Shown here in pieces: positions 1-11,029 of a DNA stretch of 64,000 bases. The DNA is from Convolutriloba macropyga (taxonomy: Eukaryota), in the NCBI RefSeq assembly GCF_964194025.1, contig NC_134471.1, forward strand, positions 16,120,001-16,184,000. Reading direction: 5' to 3'. The notes below the pieces were generated by a model that searched no databases, was not told the DNA's origin, and saw nothing but the letters and a program-made list of their open reading frames with translations. Numbering within the stretch: the stretch's first letter is position 1; each line of letters opens with the position of its first letter. A program made the translations under genes and the position numbers.

Positions 1-2139
1 AAATCATACAAAGTCATATATGAAAAAATGGAAATCTTATTAAGATCATACACTAAGATATATTCTATGACTTGTATAGTATCATATATGATCTTATTAT
101 GGTTATTAAGAAATGGCAACTCGGTTAGAAAGTGTTATACTTGGTTGGGGTTTTCTATTAGATATTTTAATTTTAGTATCTTCCATCCTAAAAACGGAGT
201 TCAGTTTAATTCACTTTTTCAGTAAATTGTTCACAGAACACTGACATCTTGGACGAATTTCGCGATAACAGAATAGGGAAGATCTAATTGCTCCCAGCCA
301 CATGACTGCAGAGATTAGCTTGATACGAAAGTGGGCATTAGTTTTAATGAGCCAATTTTGGGTGATTGAAATATTGCGCACTGAATGGTATCATTGGAAA
401 ATTTGACGATGAGGGATTAAAATAAGGACAGGTTTCACTGAATTTCGCTTTTTTACGAAGACCTAATATGAATTAACTCTTTGTGAGCATTTTTCAGTTT
501 ATCCGCAGTTTAGTTCCTTCATTTTTAATCAAAATTTGTTTACTGAATTTTACTGCAAAACTCTCAATTTTGCATATGGTCGCTTCTAATGGTTATGAAA
601 AGTTGACTGAACTAATTTTTGACTGAACATTTAAAGATATAAAGAACATATGCAGCAAAAAATAGATACTTTAACATCAATTCAGCCTTTTTTTAAATAG
701 TTTTCTCCATTTTCTAGATTAAAAACGTTTGAAGTTGAATCAAAAATTAAGTGAAAACAAAAAGATGTTTTCCCTTGAATTACCTAAAAACGTTAACGAA
801 GAAAAAATTTAAAAAATAATTGTCGTTAATCGGCCAAATTTTTTCCAACAACTTTTGCCACTGATTTTTACCCATCTTAGGTTATTTAAAAACCACTACA
901 AACAGATTAAAAATTTGAACTTTTTTAATTCATATTTTGTTTAGCGTATTTCGTATAGCTCCTCAAAATTGTTTTCTCTGAAGAAATGAGGACCGATTGA
1001 ACAAAAGTCAACCTAACAGAGCAATTGAATTTTTTGTTTCGATAATGAAAACAAGTTGCATGCTTTTTATTGTCCAACAAGTTGCAAAGTTTCTTTCAAA
1101 CGACCAGTGAAAATTCAGATATATAATGTTTGCCAAATTGTTCAAAGTATCCATTCAAAAATGCAGCTGTAGCCAACTAAAGTAAAACGTTAGACAGAAC
1201 CTTTTGGTACTATTTTGTCACAATGTCCGAGAATTGCAGAATTAATCAGTCAAAAAACCATACAACCGATATTAAAGGAAATTTTCAATCCTAGAAAAGT
1301 ATGAATATTCAAAATTAGTGTCCTTAATACTCATTATTTATTTGCGCCAGGGTTTTTCTGTCAAGTTGAGCTAAAATTATACTAAGTAAAACATTCTATT
1401 TAAACTGCTTTTGATGTGCTTTGTCGGTCTCATCATAAAACTGCCTGTTTGATCGCACAGATCTCTGCATCAATTTGTTCTTGATAGTTTCCAACTCCTC
1501 TCATCCACATTGTTTAGACGCCGTTTGACGACCTTTGTGAAAACTAAAAACTCTCATTAATATACTCTACGTACATATAATTTCTGACAATAACCATTGA
1601 AACTCATTTTGTACGAAAATACTTTTTAAAAATGACAGTTTGAATTTTCAAATTTTTTGTGTCTGTTTGAAATGGAATCAATAAAATCTCTTTCGGTTTC
1701 AATCAAGCAGTATTTTAAAATTTCAAATGAGTAATCCTGTTAAAACATTTGTCAGGTTGTAAATTGAAATTGTCTGGGCTTCGTCGAGGCGCCCTTGCCT
1801 TTAAAAAGCGATTAAAAAGTTTATTTTTTGACGAGGAATTAATCGAACCAAGTAATAAAAAACAATTCAATTTTATTCAATTTTTTTTTCAATTTTTCCT
1901 TTTATCTAAACTGAAAATTTAATCATTTTTTCCTTTTATCTAAAACTTAAAAGCAGTTGTAGGTTTTTGCATCAATGGTTTTTTAATTTCATTGTCAAGA
2001 CAACGTACTAGCAAAATAAAATACTTTAAAGTTAAGCAGCACGATCTTCAAAGCAGGCACTTTTAAAGTTTAATTCAAATGCCCCGCAAATTTAATTTTC
2101 CGAAGCAACAGCTAACTTTTAATTTTTTATGTTCAAATG

Positions 2140-2460
2140 ACCAGCTGGATATTGCTGATGACGTGGTTAGCGCTTGTGAAAATGGCAGAGATACCAAAAT
2201 CTAGAAGTTTTGTCGCTGTCAAATCAGAATTGAGAAAATGTGAATACGGTTTCTGATTGGCTGATTGCAAAACAAGTGCTCCCTGATTTTAAATAGGATG
2301 TAAATGATAACGCGATATGGCTCAGAAGTCGCGTTGAGCCGAAAGAGAAAAACTGTATTTGGGGGGAACTGTTCACACGTTTGGTTGTGATAGATTTATA
2401 GCAAGTGCCACGGACCACCGAGGCATGGCCATGGCCCACGAGGCATTACAACACGCGGTA
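2140..2460 (+). pseudogene. Possible decayed Mutator/MULE transposase fragment
   Basis: Interrupted frames give LDIADDVVSACE, RSRVEPK..IWGNCSH and VPRTTEAW. These resemble, in order, the animal MULE C-terminal motifs 'LAFLPxDDVxxAFE', 'RxxPxFPxxxWN' and 'PRTxNxxExWH'. Stops and frameshifts present; no TIRs located. Confidence 0.4.
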
Positions 2461-3465
2461 AAATATATAATTTAGAATTAAGCTAATCAAATTTAGGTTA
2501 ATTGAACGCATAAAATTGGTGTTTTAATTTTCTGAACCAATCAGATTTCTTCAAGATTTTATATTTTGGTTTGTCTACTTGTTGTTGAGATGTCACCGGC
2601 TTGATTACTAAGGAGCAGACAAGGCAGTAACCAGAGCATTACACAACTACAGGATACCATCAGCAATTTTTATAATAATAAAAATGCAAAATTGGTTGAT
2701 TCTCCAATAAACAAAGAGTATGATGCGGTTGTGCAACTTTTGATCTATTCTAATTGTATTCAAGAGTCATTTATTTGTCCAAACTGCAAAATCTGCTCCG
2801 GAGTCTAGATGTGCTTTCATATTATATATTCTTCAGTTTAATTAATTGTTGCGTCTTATTTGGAACCCGACTTGTGAATTTACCGTTTCTAACAGGCGCC
2901 ATTTAAAAACAGAATTTTTACCTGTGATGTTGGCTTCCTAAGTTCAATTATTGGTTTTTTGAAAATATCAACAAATTGTAACTTTTTTCTGTCCCTTGAG
3001 TTTTTGGGTTTAATACTAAGACATCTCCTGTTTCTCGACATTACCCTCAATCAACCCTCACCCCACCCACCTACGCATTTTTCTACCGGAATTGCTCTCT
3101 TTAAAGGTTGTACTTTGATAACTTTTGGAAACCTAACTCAGGAGAACAAACATCTGCATAGCTTCGATTATTTTGTCTAGTTCTCAAGTATCCGACAGCA
3201 TGGTCTCAGAAGTATTTGCGTGGCGCCTTTCAGACGGAGTTCAATTTGAAAAATTTGGTGAGGTTTCCATGCTCGTTTTGCAGCCTAAAAGTTTGTCTAA
3301 AAGTCTAAATTTTTCGAGAAAGTGAATGACATCAGTGTTTTTAATTGATTATGCTTACAAGAAGCGGGTATTTTTGCCAAAAATTGGATTGTCTCATTAG
3401 TAGATAGTTATGCATCAGATATATACATCTGTTTTGTAATTATTCAGATGAATTTAAATAGTACA

Positions 3466-3662
3466 CTAAAAGTTCCAATTTGTTTTTCGTTTCTTGGCCT
3501 TCTTAACCGGCTGCTTTTTCTTTTCTGGACTCTTTGAGGCGAATTTAACAGAAGCAGACACTTTGTTAGCTGAATGTTTGTCCTCTAATTCCTGTTGGTC
3601 ACGTGCTTTGAATCGCGGAAGTTTCAACAAGTTCACTTCGGCTATCAGACACTTGTCCGAAT
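3466..3662 (-). CDS. Carbon-nitrogen hydrolase family gene, terminal coding exon (..SDKCLIAEVNLLKLPRFKARDQQELEDKHSANKVSASVKFASKSPEKKKQPVKKAKKRKTNWNF*)
   Basis: Acceptor cttttcag|AT, phase 1, 197 nt open to TAG. CLIAEVNL resembles the family's C-terminal 'LLxAxIDL' strand. Any exons between 3663 and 6560 are unresolved. Confidence 0.7.
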
Positions 3663-3834
3663 CTGAAAAGGTATTAATTGATATTTAAAGGTATTTTCCA
3701 TGTTTTCGCCCAGTTTGCAGCCCCCCCCCCCCCCCCACTTTTTATGACCCGCAGTTACAAATTATATGTTGTTATATAGCACATTACTATGTAAGAAAAT
3801 AGCACGTGCGCCTGGGGGTCATAAAAAATTTGGA

Positions 3835-3982
3835 TCCGTTTGTGCCCCCCAGCTTAGTGGGTGCATATTATTTGCAACCCCCCGACGCACGTGCAATATT
3901 TTTACATAATGATTTACTATGTAATGACACGTGCTCTGTCACTGGGGGGAGCATAACGTAATGGGGGGGGGGCACAAACGGA
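3835..3982. mobile_element. MITE-like element, family A copy 1 (TIR TCCGTTTGTGCCCCCC)
   Basis: Terminal inverted repeats TCCGTTTGTGCCCCCC / GGGGGGCACAAACGGA. The interior is homologous, in opposite orientation, to 10511-10672. A related half-unit with a poly-C run lies at about 3712-3830. Confidence 0.75.
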
Positions 3983-6560
3983 AAAGATCCAAAATTTTAT
4001 GCTCACTAAGCTGCGGGGGGGGGGGGGGGGCAGAATAGATCCAAAACTTCTTGTGAACTGACTGATTGAACTCCTAGATTTCTAACTCCTAGATACAATA
4101 ATAACTATTCTGAGCCAATAATAAGTATTCTTTTTCAATACTAAGCATTGTGGCGTGCCAAAAGCTGCAGCTGCGCAAACGCATCAAAATTATTCGTTTT
4201 GATTCAAAAGTGAAACAGACCTGCAAGTTTTAAAATCTCAGATCACTGTGGCGCCATATTTTCCTACTTACAGTTCCACATTTCAGAACTTGCAAACTTT
4301 GTGTTTCAAGTATAGGCTACGTGACTCTGCTTGAAGTCACATCGAAATTCTGGCGTAAATCTCAAACCACTACGCAGTTCCTAACGAATGCCCGATTTTC
4401 TCAGAGACTTCATAAGAGTGTCGTAACCTGTGCATACAATTCTTACTGCTGTGATCTTGGTTTCATAAAAGATGACAGTAAACGCAGTGAAATTTTACAT
4501 GATCTACGTTTATAAAATTAAATAAATTAAAATAATTAAAACTGAAACCTGAAGAGAAAATTTTGTCCTGAAATAAAATTTTTCGACAAAATTATAGAAA
4601 GTTAAACCATGCAATGCGAAGTGCGTCCATAAGCCAATGTTTTAAAATGTAAGCAAATGATGAAGCAGCTTTACTTGTTTTGACTTACGTTGATATATTT
4701 CTTAAAGGCAAATTAAACTGAATTAATTTATAGCAACATACCATGATAAGACACGATTTGGTCTATATATTATCAAAAAGTTGGAATTGACCTGACGATT
4801 GAAATGGAAAAAACAAAAATTACTTTATTACATTTCATTTTTACATTGTGATAGGAATTCATAAGATCCATCGAGAATTTATTGTCAAGACAATAGTTTT
4901 AAAAATAAACTCAAACTCTTATAAACTAAATTTTTGTGACTAAGAACAGTTATGTGTTAGCAAGATAAGTAGGTACAAACAAAGTTTGTTTAAGTTCCCG
5001 TCGAAGTACTAAATACTAGCAAATCATAATAAAAGTGACAAATTGCTTCCAAAAAAATTTTTCAAAAAAATCAGCTCAAATTCTTCCATTTCTTCCACGC
5101 TTAAATAAGCCAAACTTTTATCAGATTTCGTACACAATTTAGCGCATTGATTACAAAATTTTTTTTGTTAAAATTCCAAATTTTTTTATTTTGTAATTTT
5201 TTTGTAATTTTTGTAAATTTCTGTTGAAATTTTTTTTAAAAATCAGCGGCTATGAACCAACTTCGCATGGTTTCAGCACTTTTCATATGTCAATATAAAT
5301 ATTGTGCAAGATATGACAAAAGAAGCATATTTTCTCATACTCATAGGCAACGTGATTGTTAAAATAGGCAAAAATAGGCAACCTTCTCATAGATCAATAA
5401 GTTTTATAAATTGATATTTGATAAATGTTACAGAATATGAGCTTCTACTGTCAATGTTGCCAGCTCTTGATTATAAGAATGATTTAAATTTATTACATGA
5501 ACGCTAACGCTAGACTGTAGACTGGTTTTAAAAGCAAAAAATCATTTTGTGTCGAGAAAAATCCACATATTGTTTCTTTAGTGGGAAAAACGGTCACTAC
5601 CTAGCAATTTTTAGCTTATTGCTGCAAACAACACAGCGTTAAAAGTTCTCGCGGTTATCGGTTGGAAATAACATTTGACTTTGAGTTATATAAATTATTG
5701 GAAAAAGAAAATTAATAATTTTTTCAACTTTCTAAGAGGGATCGTAGCGTTATTAGAATTCAAATAGATGACGTATTGAGCAACAGTTCAATTTGATTAG
5801 GAAAGACACTACTAAAAGACAAAAAATCTATTGAGAGCAACAACTAACACATATATGGTTCTTAATGCAGAGTTAGTGAAACAAATTGTAGGTCCAAAAC
5901 TATTCTGTCTCCAAAAAGTTACTTTATTTTTTTTTACTTTATTCAAGTAAGTCAATCTGGCAAATATTCTCTTAAAAATTAGATGTTTTTAGTTCTATTT
6001 ATTACACTAAGAAACTGTTGAACTAATGGAAATTGCACTCACAACAAATTAACATTAGAAGAAAAATAACGTGAACATTATAGCAGCAATATTTTTAACT
6101 CTTTCCTTCTTCCGGGATTTGTGTGAACTCCTGTGATCTGATAAACTTTTTCTTAGGTATTCCAGACAGTCACAGAAAACCAGCAATTGATTATAAGGTT
6201 GCGAGGTGAAAGTTTTCAGCCATTTCAGAAACGGAGACTATTAATGGCCAGAAATCTCAAAAAAGCCAAAAATTTTAGAGATGCCCACACAAAAAAAATC
6301 CCTCGATCTATTATAAAACATTTCATTCAAAAATTTTCTTCATTTTTATAACCTTTTTCTCGAAAGATGTTCGCTAAAATTTCAAGGAAAGAAAGAAGAT
6401 TTTAAAAATATAAATTCATGCATCATTATTCCCAAGGGTTCAGAAGCAGAATAATTTTCCAGGAATTTACCACAAAAAGAGAACGTGAGCTTACTTATAC
6501 ATTTTGCACACAACTAAAAAAAATTAGTCAGTACGCAAAAAAAACAATTTTTTTGCTAAC

Positions 6561-6725
6561 TGTGTTCGTTGTAGTAATTGTGCATGAAGAACATGTGTTG
6601 TGATTGTATGAATCTGGGCTGTGGGATGACACTGTTTGACCTTGTAGAGAGTGAGAACAAAATGTCACACCTGTCCTTATACTTTCCACACACTTCTTCA
6701 ACTTTGCTCGTCTCCAGACAGATAC
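6561..6725 (-). CDS. Carbon-nitrogen hydrolase family gene, exon 5 (GICLETSKVEEVCGKYKDRCDILFSLS...; nucleophile Cys)
   Basis: ttgatag| acceptor and |gttagc donor, 165 nt, phase 1 to 1. Joined to exon 4 it reads RIAFGICLE, equivalent to 'RIGLLICYD', followed by RCDILF, equivalent to 'GADIL'. Confidence 0.85.
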
Positions 6726-7212
6726 CTATCAAGTTTGAACAATTTAGATGAACTATCAATTATTGTTATCTTTGAAGAATCGTACTAAAAGCTCATTCAA
6801 AGTAACCTTGAAAGATTCTTAATGCTTCGTTAAATATCTTGCAAGTCTTAAGCGAGAGTTAATGCTAACAGATACTTACAAGATAAATATATTTTTTCAC
6901 TTAGCAAGATTTCATATTACGCCTCAACTCTAGCAAGATTAACAGTAATAGTTTAGAAACTTTCTTGTTCTTGTTTTATTTTGTTTTATTTAATTTTGTA
7001 CAATAATTTTTTGTCAAAAACTCATTATTGTAAATAATCCGCTTGATACATGCATCCAACATTCTGGGCGGATAAACCTGAACAAAATAACATTTTAAGA
7101 GTGAGTTATAATCGCAATTAGACCAATCCTTACTTTGGCTTTGCATTTTCTCGGGGGAAAAATATGGAAGCTTTTTTTCCTCGATAACTTTTAGAGTGCA
7201 CTCAAAACTAAC

Positions 7213-7363
7213 CGAATGCAATCCTGGCTCCGTATTTCCATGTGAAAATGGGAGCAGAGTTAGATCCCCTGTTGAATATGGAGTTGGCGGAGGAGTAGTC
7301 GTCCCGACTGTGAACAAAGTCCAGCCGTGTCATTGGGTCGTAGAAACGGGCACAGTTCGAGAC
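7213..7363 (-). CDS. Carbon-nitrogen hydrolase family gene, exon 4 (VSNCARFYDPMTRLDFVHSRDDYSSANSIFNRGSNSAPIFTWKYGARIAF)
   Basis: ttgctag| acceptor and |gttagt donor, 151 nt, phase 0 to 1. Matches 'YNxAxxxDPxG..YRKxHL....FxxG....PVF....RIG'. Confidence 0.85.
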
Positions 7364-7853
7364 CTAGCAACGTCATCAAGTTGTTTTATGAGAACCCAGG
7401 GTTGGGTCACAATCCCGAAACAGGCATTAGCTGGACAGACTTGGTTCAAGGACAATGAGGTCCGTTTCGACCCAAGTTAACAGTTTGAACGAAATTTTGG
7501 TCACGCCTTCCATTAACGCAAAGTGTCTACGTTTCTGAATTTAAGCAAGTCGAATAACAAACAATTAAAATTTATTGAAAAAGAAAGTAGATTCGGCACT
7601 AACTATGCCAAAGTTGTGACTTTTTGTTCTAAATAATACATTTTGCCAAGTTCGCTGACGCTCAGCTGATTAAAAACAAAGGGGCCACAACGAAATGGAA
7701 ATTGAGCAAAAATTAAAACAAAAAAGAAGCCGTTTTTTGACAATTCAAACTTATTTGTGAAAGTCCAACGACTACAACTTTTTTCAGAGACCCCATAATA
7801 GGAAGTTGTATGTTGATAACTTTTTGAATTATGAGTTCAACCCGGACACTAGC

Positions 7854-7962
7854 CTTATCCGACTGTGAGTCGTACTCTGCATAGCCATACAGGACAGCCA
7901 CTTTGAATCTGTTTGCCAAATCTGCAATTCGACTGTTCAGCTTCTCTTTCTCATACAACACT
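7854..7962 (-). CDS. Carbon-nitrogen hydrolase family gene, exon 3 (VLYEKEKLNSRIADLANRFKVAVLYGYAEYDSQSDK)
   Basis: tttag| acceptor in phase 2, matching exon 2. IADLANRFKVAVLYGYAE resembles 'IxxLAxxxxIAIVxGYxE'. The donor is probably non-canonical AAG|gctagt, phase 0. Confidence 0.82.
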
Positions 7963-8449
7963 CTAAACTCAATGAGAGACATTTACTTACGTCACGAAAC
8001 GTGTCAGAGAAAATTATTTCAAAACAGAAAAAAATTCTGTTGTTAGCTGTGATTGGAGATTGAAACTAGTCATATCCAGTATCCGGTTGTTTTACTCTCC
8101 TCGATTATAAAAAAATCTCAGTATAACTCCCGAAAAACTGTTCAATTGGGTAGTTACAGCCTTCTAGGCTAACCAATTTGAGAAATCCTCGATAAAAATT
8201 AAGCTGAGAAACCACATTCTGCAAATTAATCAGTTAATTTAATGCATAGCTACTCGGTATGTCACGCAGTAACTTCTAAATAAAAAACCGACTTTCCAAA
8301 AAATGATGTCTGACAGCTTGTAAGTTTTATACACATTTCCGAACTAAAGCTCTCATATTTAGAGAAGAAATCTAGATCATCAGCTAATTCTGAATGATGA
8401 TCTAAGAAAATTGAGGAAGGGAAATGAAACAAATAAAAAGCTTAAGGAC

Positions 8450-9665
8450 ATCACTTGTGACAGAGCGAATTTTTGGTCAAACACTGCTTTCTCACTCTAT
8501 TTTAAAATTGGAGTGAAAATGATTCAGGCCATAACCACACGCTTTTCGCTCCACTTCCTGTTTTCAATCGACCAAAATCGTCGCTTCAATTTGACTTCAA
8601 AAATCATGACAGTGTGTGAACAGATCTTTAAAAAAAACATAACATGATAAGTCTTGGCCAACGAATGAAAGAACTTTCATTGACTAAACAAAAAAAATCA
8701 GAACAAGAATGGACTATGAATGGACTTTGGAAAAACATTTAGAAAACATCCGAGCCACATGAAAAAAAAGTGAAATTACCACATGTGGACTAAAAACAAC
8801 AAGCGAGAGAGCAAATTTTGTTCAAACACCATTGTCTCTTTCTTTAAAATTAGAGTGAAAAATTTTAACTCCGCGAAACCACTCGCTTTTTCAACTCGCA
8901 TAGCAGGACAAGTCCGGAAACAATTAAATTGACAAAACCAAAAAACTAGACCCTGAATTGAATTGAAAACGACTTTGGAAACCTTTTGCTAAAAAATATT
9001 CCTATGAAAAAAAACTTTAAAAAAACAGTACTTTTAAAAAATCTTTGAAAAGATGTCAAATTACCGCATGTGAACAAAAATTAGCTCTCAAAAACGGAAA
9101 ACTAAAACATAGCAGTACAAGTCTAAAAAACAAACTTTATAAAAACATTACAGGACAAGTCCTGAAACAATTCACGGAAATTTCATTGACAAACCAAAAG
9201 AGCTACACCCTGAATTGACTTTAACGACTTTAAAAACCGTTTGCTAAACAATTCCTATGAAAAAAGCTCGAAAAGACAGTATAAAATTTGCTCTCAAAAA
9301 CCGAAAACTAAAACATAGCAAAACAAGTCTAAAATATGCTTTAAAAAACGTAGCAGTACAAAATCTGAAACAATTCAATCAAATCAAAAACAAATCATGA
9401 AACATTAAACATCGAAGTCAAATTGCCACATGTGGACAAAAGATGACAAGAAATAGAGCAAATTTTTGTTCAAATAGCGTTCTCGCACTCAACTGTAGAA
9501 TTGGAGTAAAAAAATTCACGTCGCAAAATCCATCGGTTTTTCTTAATTTCTCGTTTTGGCGTGATCAAAATCACCACTCCAATTTGGTTTCAATAATCAC
9601 GAAATGTTGTGAACAGAAAAAAAGAGCGCCCCTTTACAATTCAAATTCTTTAAAATGTAAGAACT
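8450..9665 (+). repeat. Dispersed AT-rich repeat family with internal duplications (in intron 2 of the hydrolase gene)
   Basis: The block GAGCRAATTTTTGKTCAAAYA...TTCTCRCTC...AATTGGAGT...CAAAATC...CAATTTG occurs at about 8460-8640 and 9455-9665, and partially at 8810. The motif AGCAGGACAAGTCC recurs at about 8900 and 9150. Same family as 11030-11635. Confidence 0.7.
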
Positions 9666-9896
9666 GAAAATTGAATAAATCGTTTAAATCAAAGCACTTT
9701 GTTTATTTATCTCCAGACCATTACTGGCATTCGCTCTGGTTTAATATCCGTAATCCTCCTGACTAGACTACCATGTCTCTCATTATTGATGACAACATCT
9801 TTGAGTAAAAAAAAAACAATTTGCAAGAATTTCAATTCAATTTTTCGTTATTTGACCGAAGCATAATTTAATGTATAATGTACATCTACGGCTTAC

Positions 9897-10031
9897 GTAT
9901 ATTCGACGAATTTGGACCGGCTCATCTGGTATCCGGTTGTGTACAGCTCCGGAAAGAATGCCAGATCTGATTTGGATGCATTGCAGAATGAGAAAACTTC
10001 AGCAATGTCAGTCAACACTTCCTCTGGCGAC
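9897..10031 (-). CDS. Carbon-nitrogen hydrolase family gene, exon 2 (SPEEVLTDIAEVFSFCNASKSDLAFFPELYTTGYQMSRSKFVEY; catalytic Glu)
   Basis: ctctccag| acceptor and |gtaagc donor, 135 nt, phase 2 to 2. DLAFFPELYTTGY is the hallmark 'DLxxFPExxxxGY' motif. Confidence 0.9.
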
Positions 10032-10285
10032 CTGGAGAGAACATACGAGTCTTTCCAACTACATTTTAGCCCCCTCCCCCCCGCCCCCGCCCACCCGCTA
10101 CCGCTTATTGGTCATATAACGTACAGCACCGCCTCCCACCGCCACCACCCGCCGTTAATTACAATTACCCTAAATAAACAATAATGGGAGCTATATAATT
10201 TCGTGGGGAGCTGGGGAAGGCTTATAGTTTGTAAAGGGAAAAACCCAAACATGCAATTATCTAAGAGGAGAAAAATAGCTTATCC

Positions 10286-10425
10286 GGGGTCTTTCCCATT
10301 ATAGCCCCCCCCCCCCCCCCCCAAAGCGTTGCGGTCAGATAACCTATAGCCCCCCCCCCCCATCATGGTAAATATACCATAATGGGGGCTATATTTTCAT
10401 GGGGAGCTATAATGGGAAAGACCCC
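10286..10425. mobile_element. MITE, 140 bp, perfect 20-bp TIR, 6-bp TSD TTATCC
   Basis: GGGGTCTTTCCCATTATAGC ... GCTATAATGGGAAAGACCCC, flanked by TTATCC at 10280-10285 and 10426-10431. Confidence 0.85.
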
Positions 10426-10510
10426 TTATCCCTCTGTCAATTTTTAGTTATATAAGTTGATACTTTTAAGACCCATTATGAACAATAGTAAAAATAAACA
10501 TCTGACTTTT

Positions 10511-10672
10511 TCCGTTTGTGCCCCCCCCCCCCCCCCCCCCAGTACGTTATGCACCCCCCAGTTACAGAGCATGTGCCATTACATATGAACTCATTTTGTT
10601 AAAAAAATATGACACGTGCGTCTGGGGGTGTCATAATAATATGCGCCCACAAAGCTGGGGGGCACAAACGGA
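10511..10672. mobile_element. MITE-like element, family A copy 2
   Basis: Same TIRs as 3835-3982 (TCCGTTTGTGCCCC..GGGGCACAAACGGA) with a homologous, inverted interior. Lies in intron 1 of the hydrolase gene. Confidence 0.75.
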
Positions 10673-10714
10673 AGAAAAATCCAAAAATACCAAAAAATCT
10701 GTGAAAAAACTCAC

Positions 10715-10809
10715 CTTTTTATTCGCTGTCGCGGATTTACGACTGAAATCACCAACGTCATATCGGGAGTGTTACGCACAACCAACGGCAGTTCCACTTC
10801 ACCCGCCAT
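10715..10809 (-). CDS. Carbon-nitrogen hydrolase family gene, first coding exon (MAGEVELPLVVRNTPDMTLVISVVNPRQRIK)
   Basis: ATG at 10809, 95 nt, strong donor AG|gtgagt in phase 2 matching exon 2. MTLVISVVN corresponds to the first beta strand ('MKIALxQ'). Confidence 0.8.
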
Positions 10810-11029
10810 AATCCAATCAAAGGCACAAAAAATTACATGAATTAGCGTCAATTTCAAACAAAAATTGCGTATAATGTAATCACAGTGCTCAGTATCAGGT
10901 GTTATGGTATGGCTTTGTATTGTACGGTTATTGAATGTGTATAGAGTGCATTTTAATGGTTTTCTGGTTAAGCTGTAAAAGCCATGTAATGGTAAATTTA
11001 ATCATGTGAAGCCTTTTCTAATGAAGCTT

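Noticed and set aside
340-437. Possible minus-strand terminal exon (ETCPYFNPSSSNFPMIPFSAQYFNHPKLAH*)
   Set aside because: Short, no recognisable homology, and no linked upstream exon could be established.
7963-7982. ATG at 7982 as the start of the hydrolase
   Set aside because: It lies in intron 2; upstream exons supply the catalytic Glu and splice in phase at 7962.
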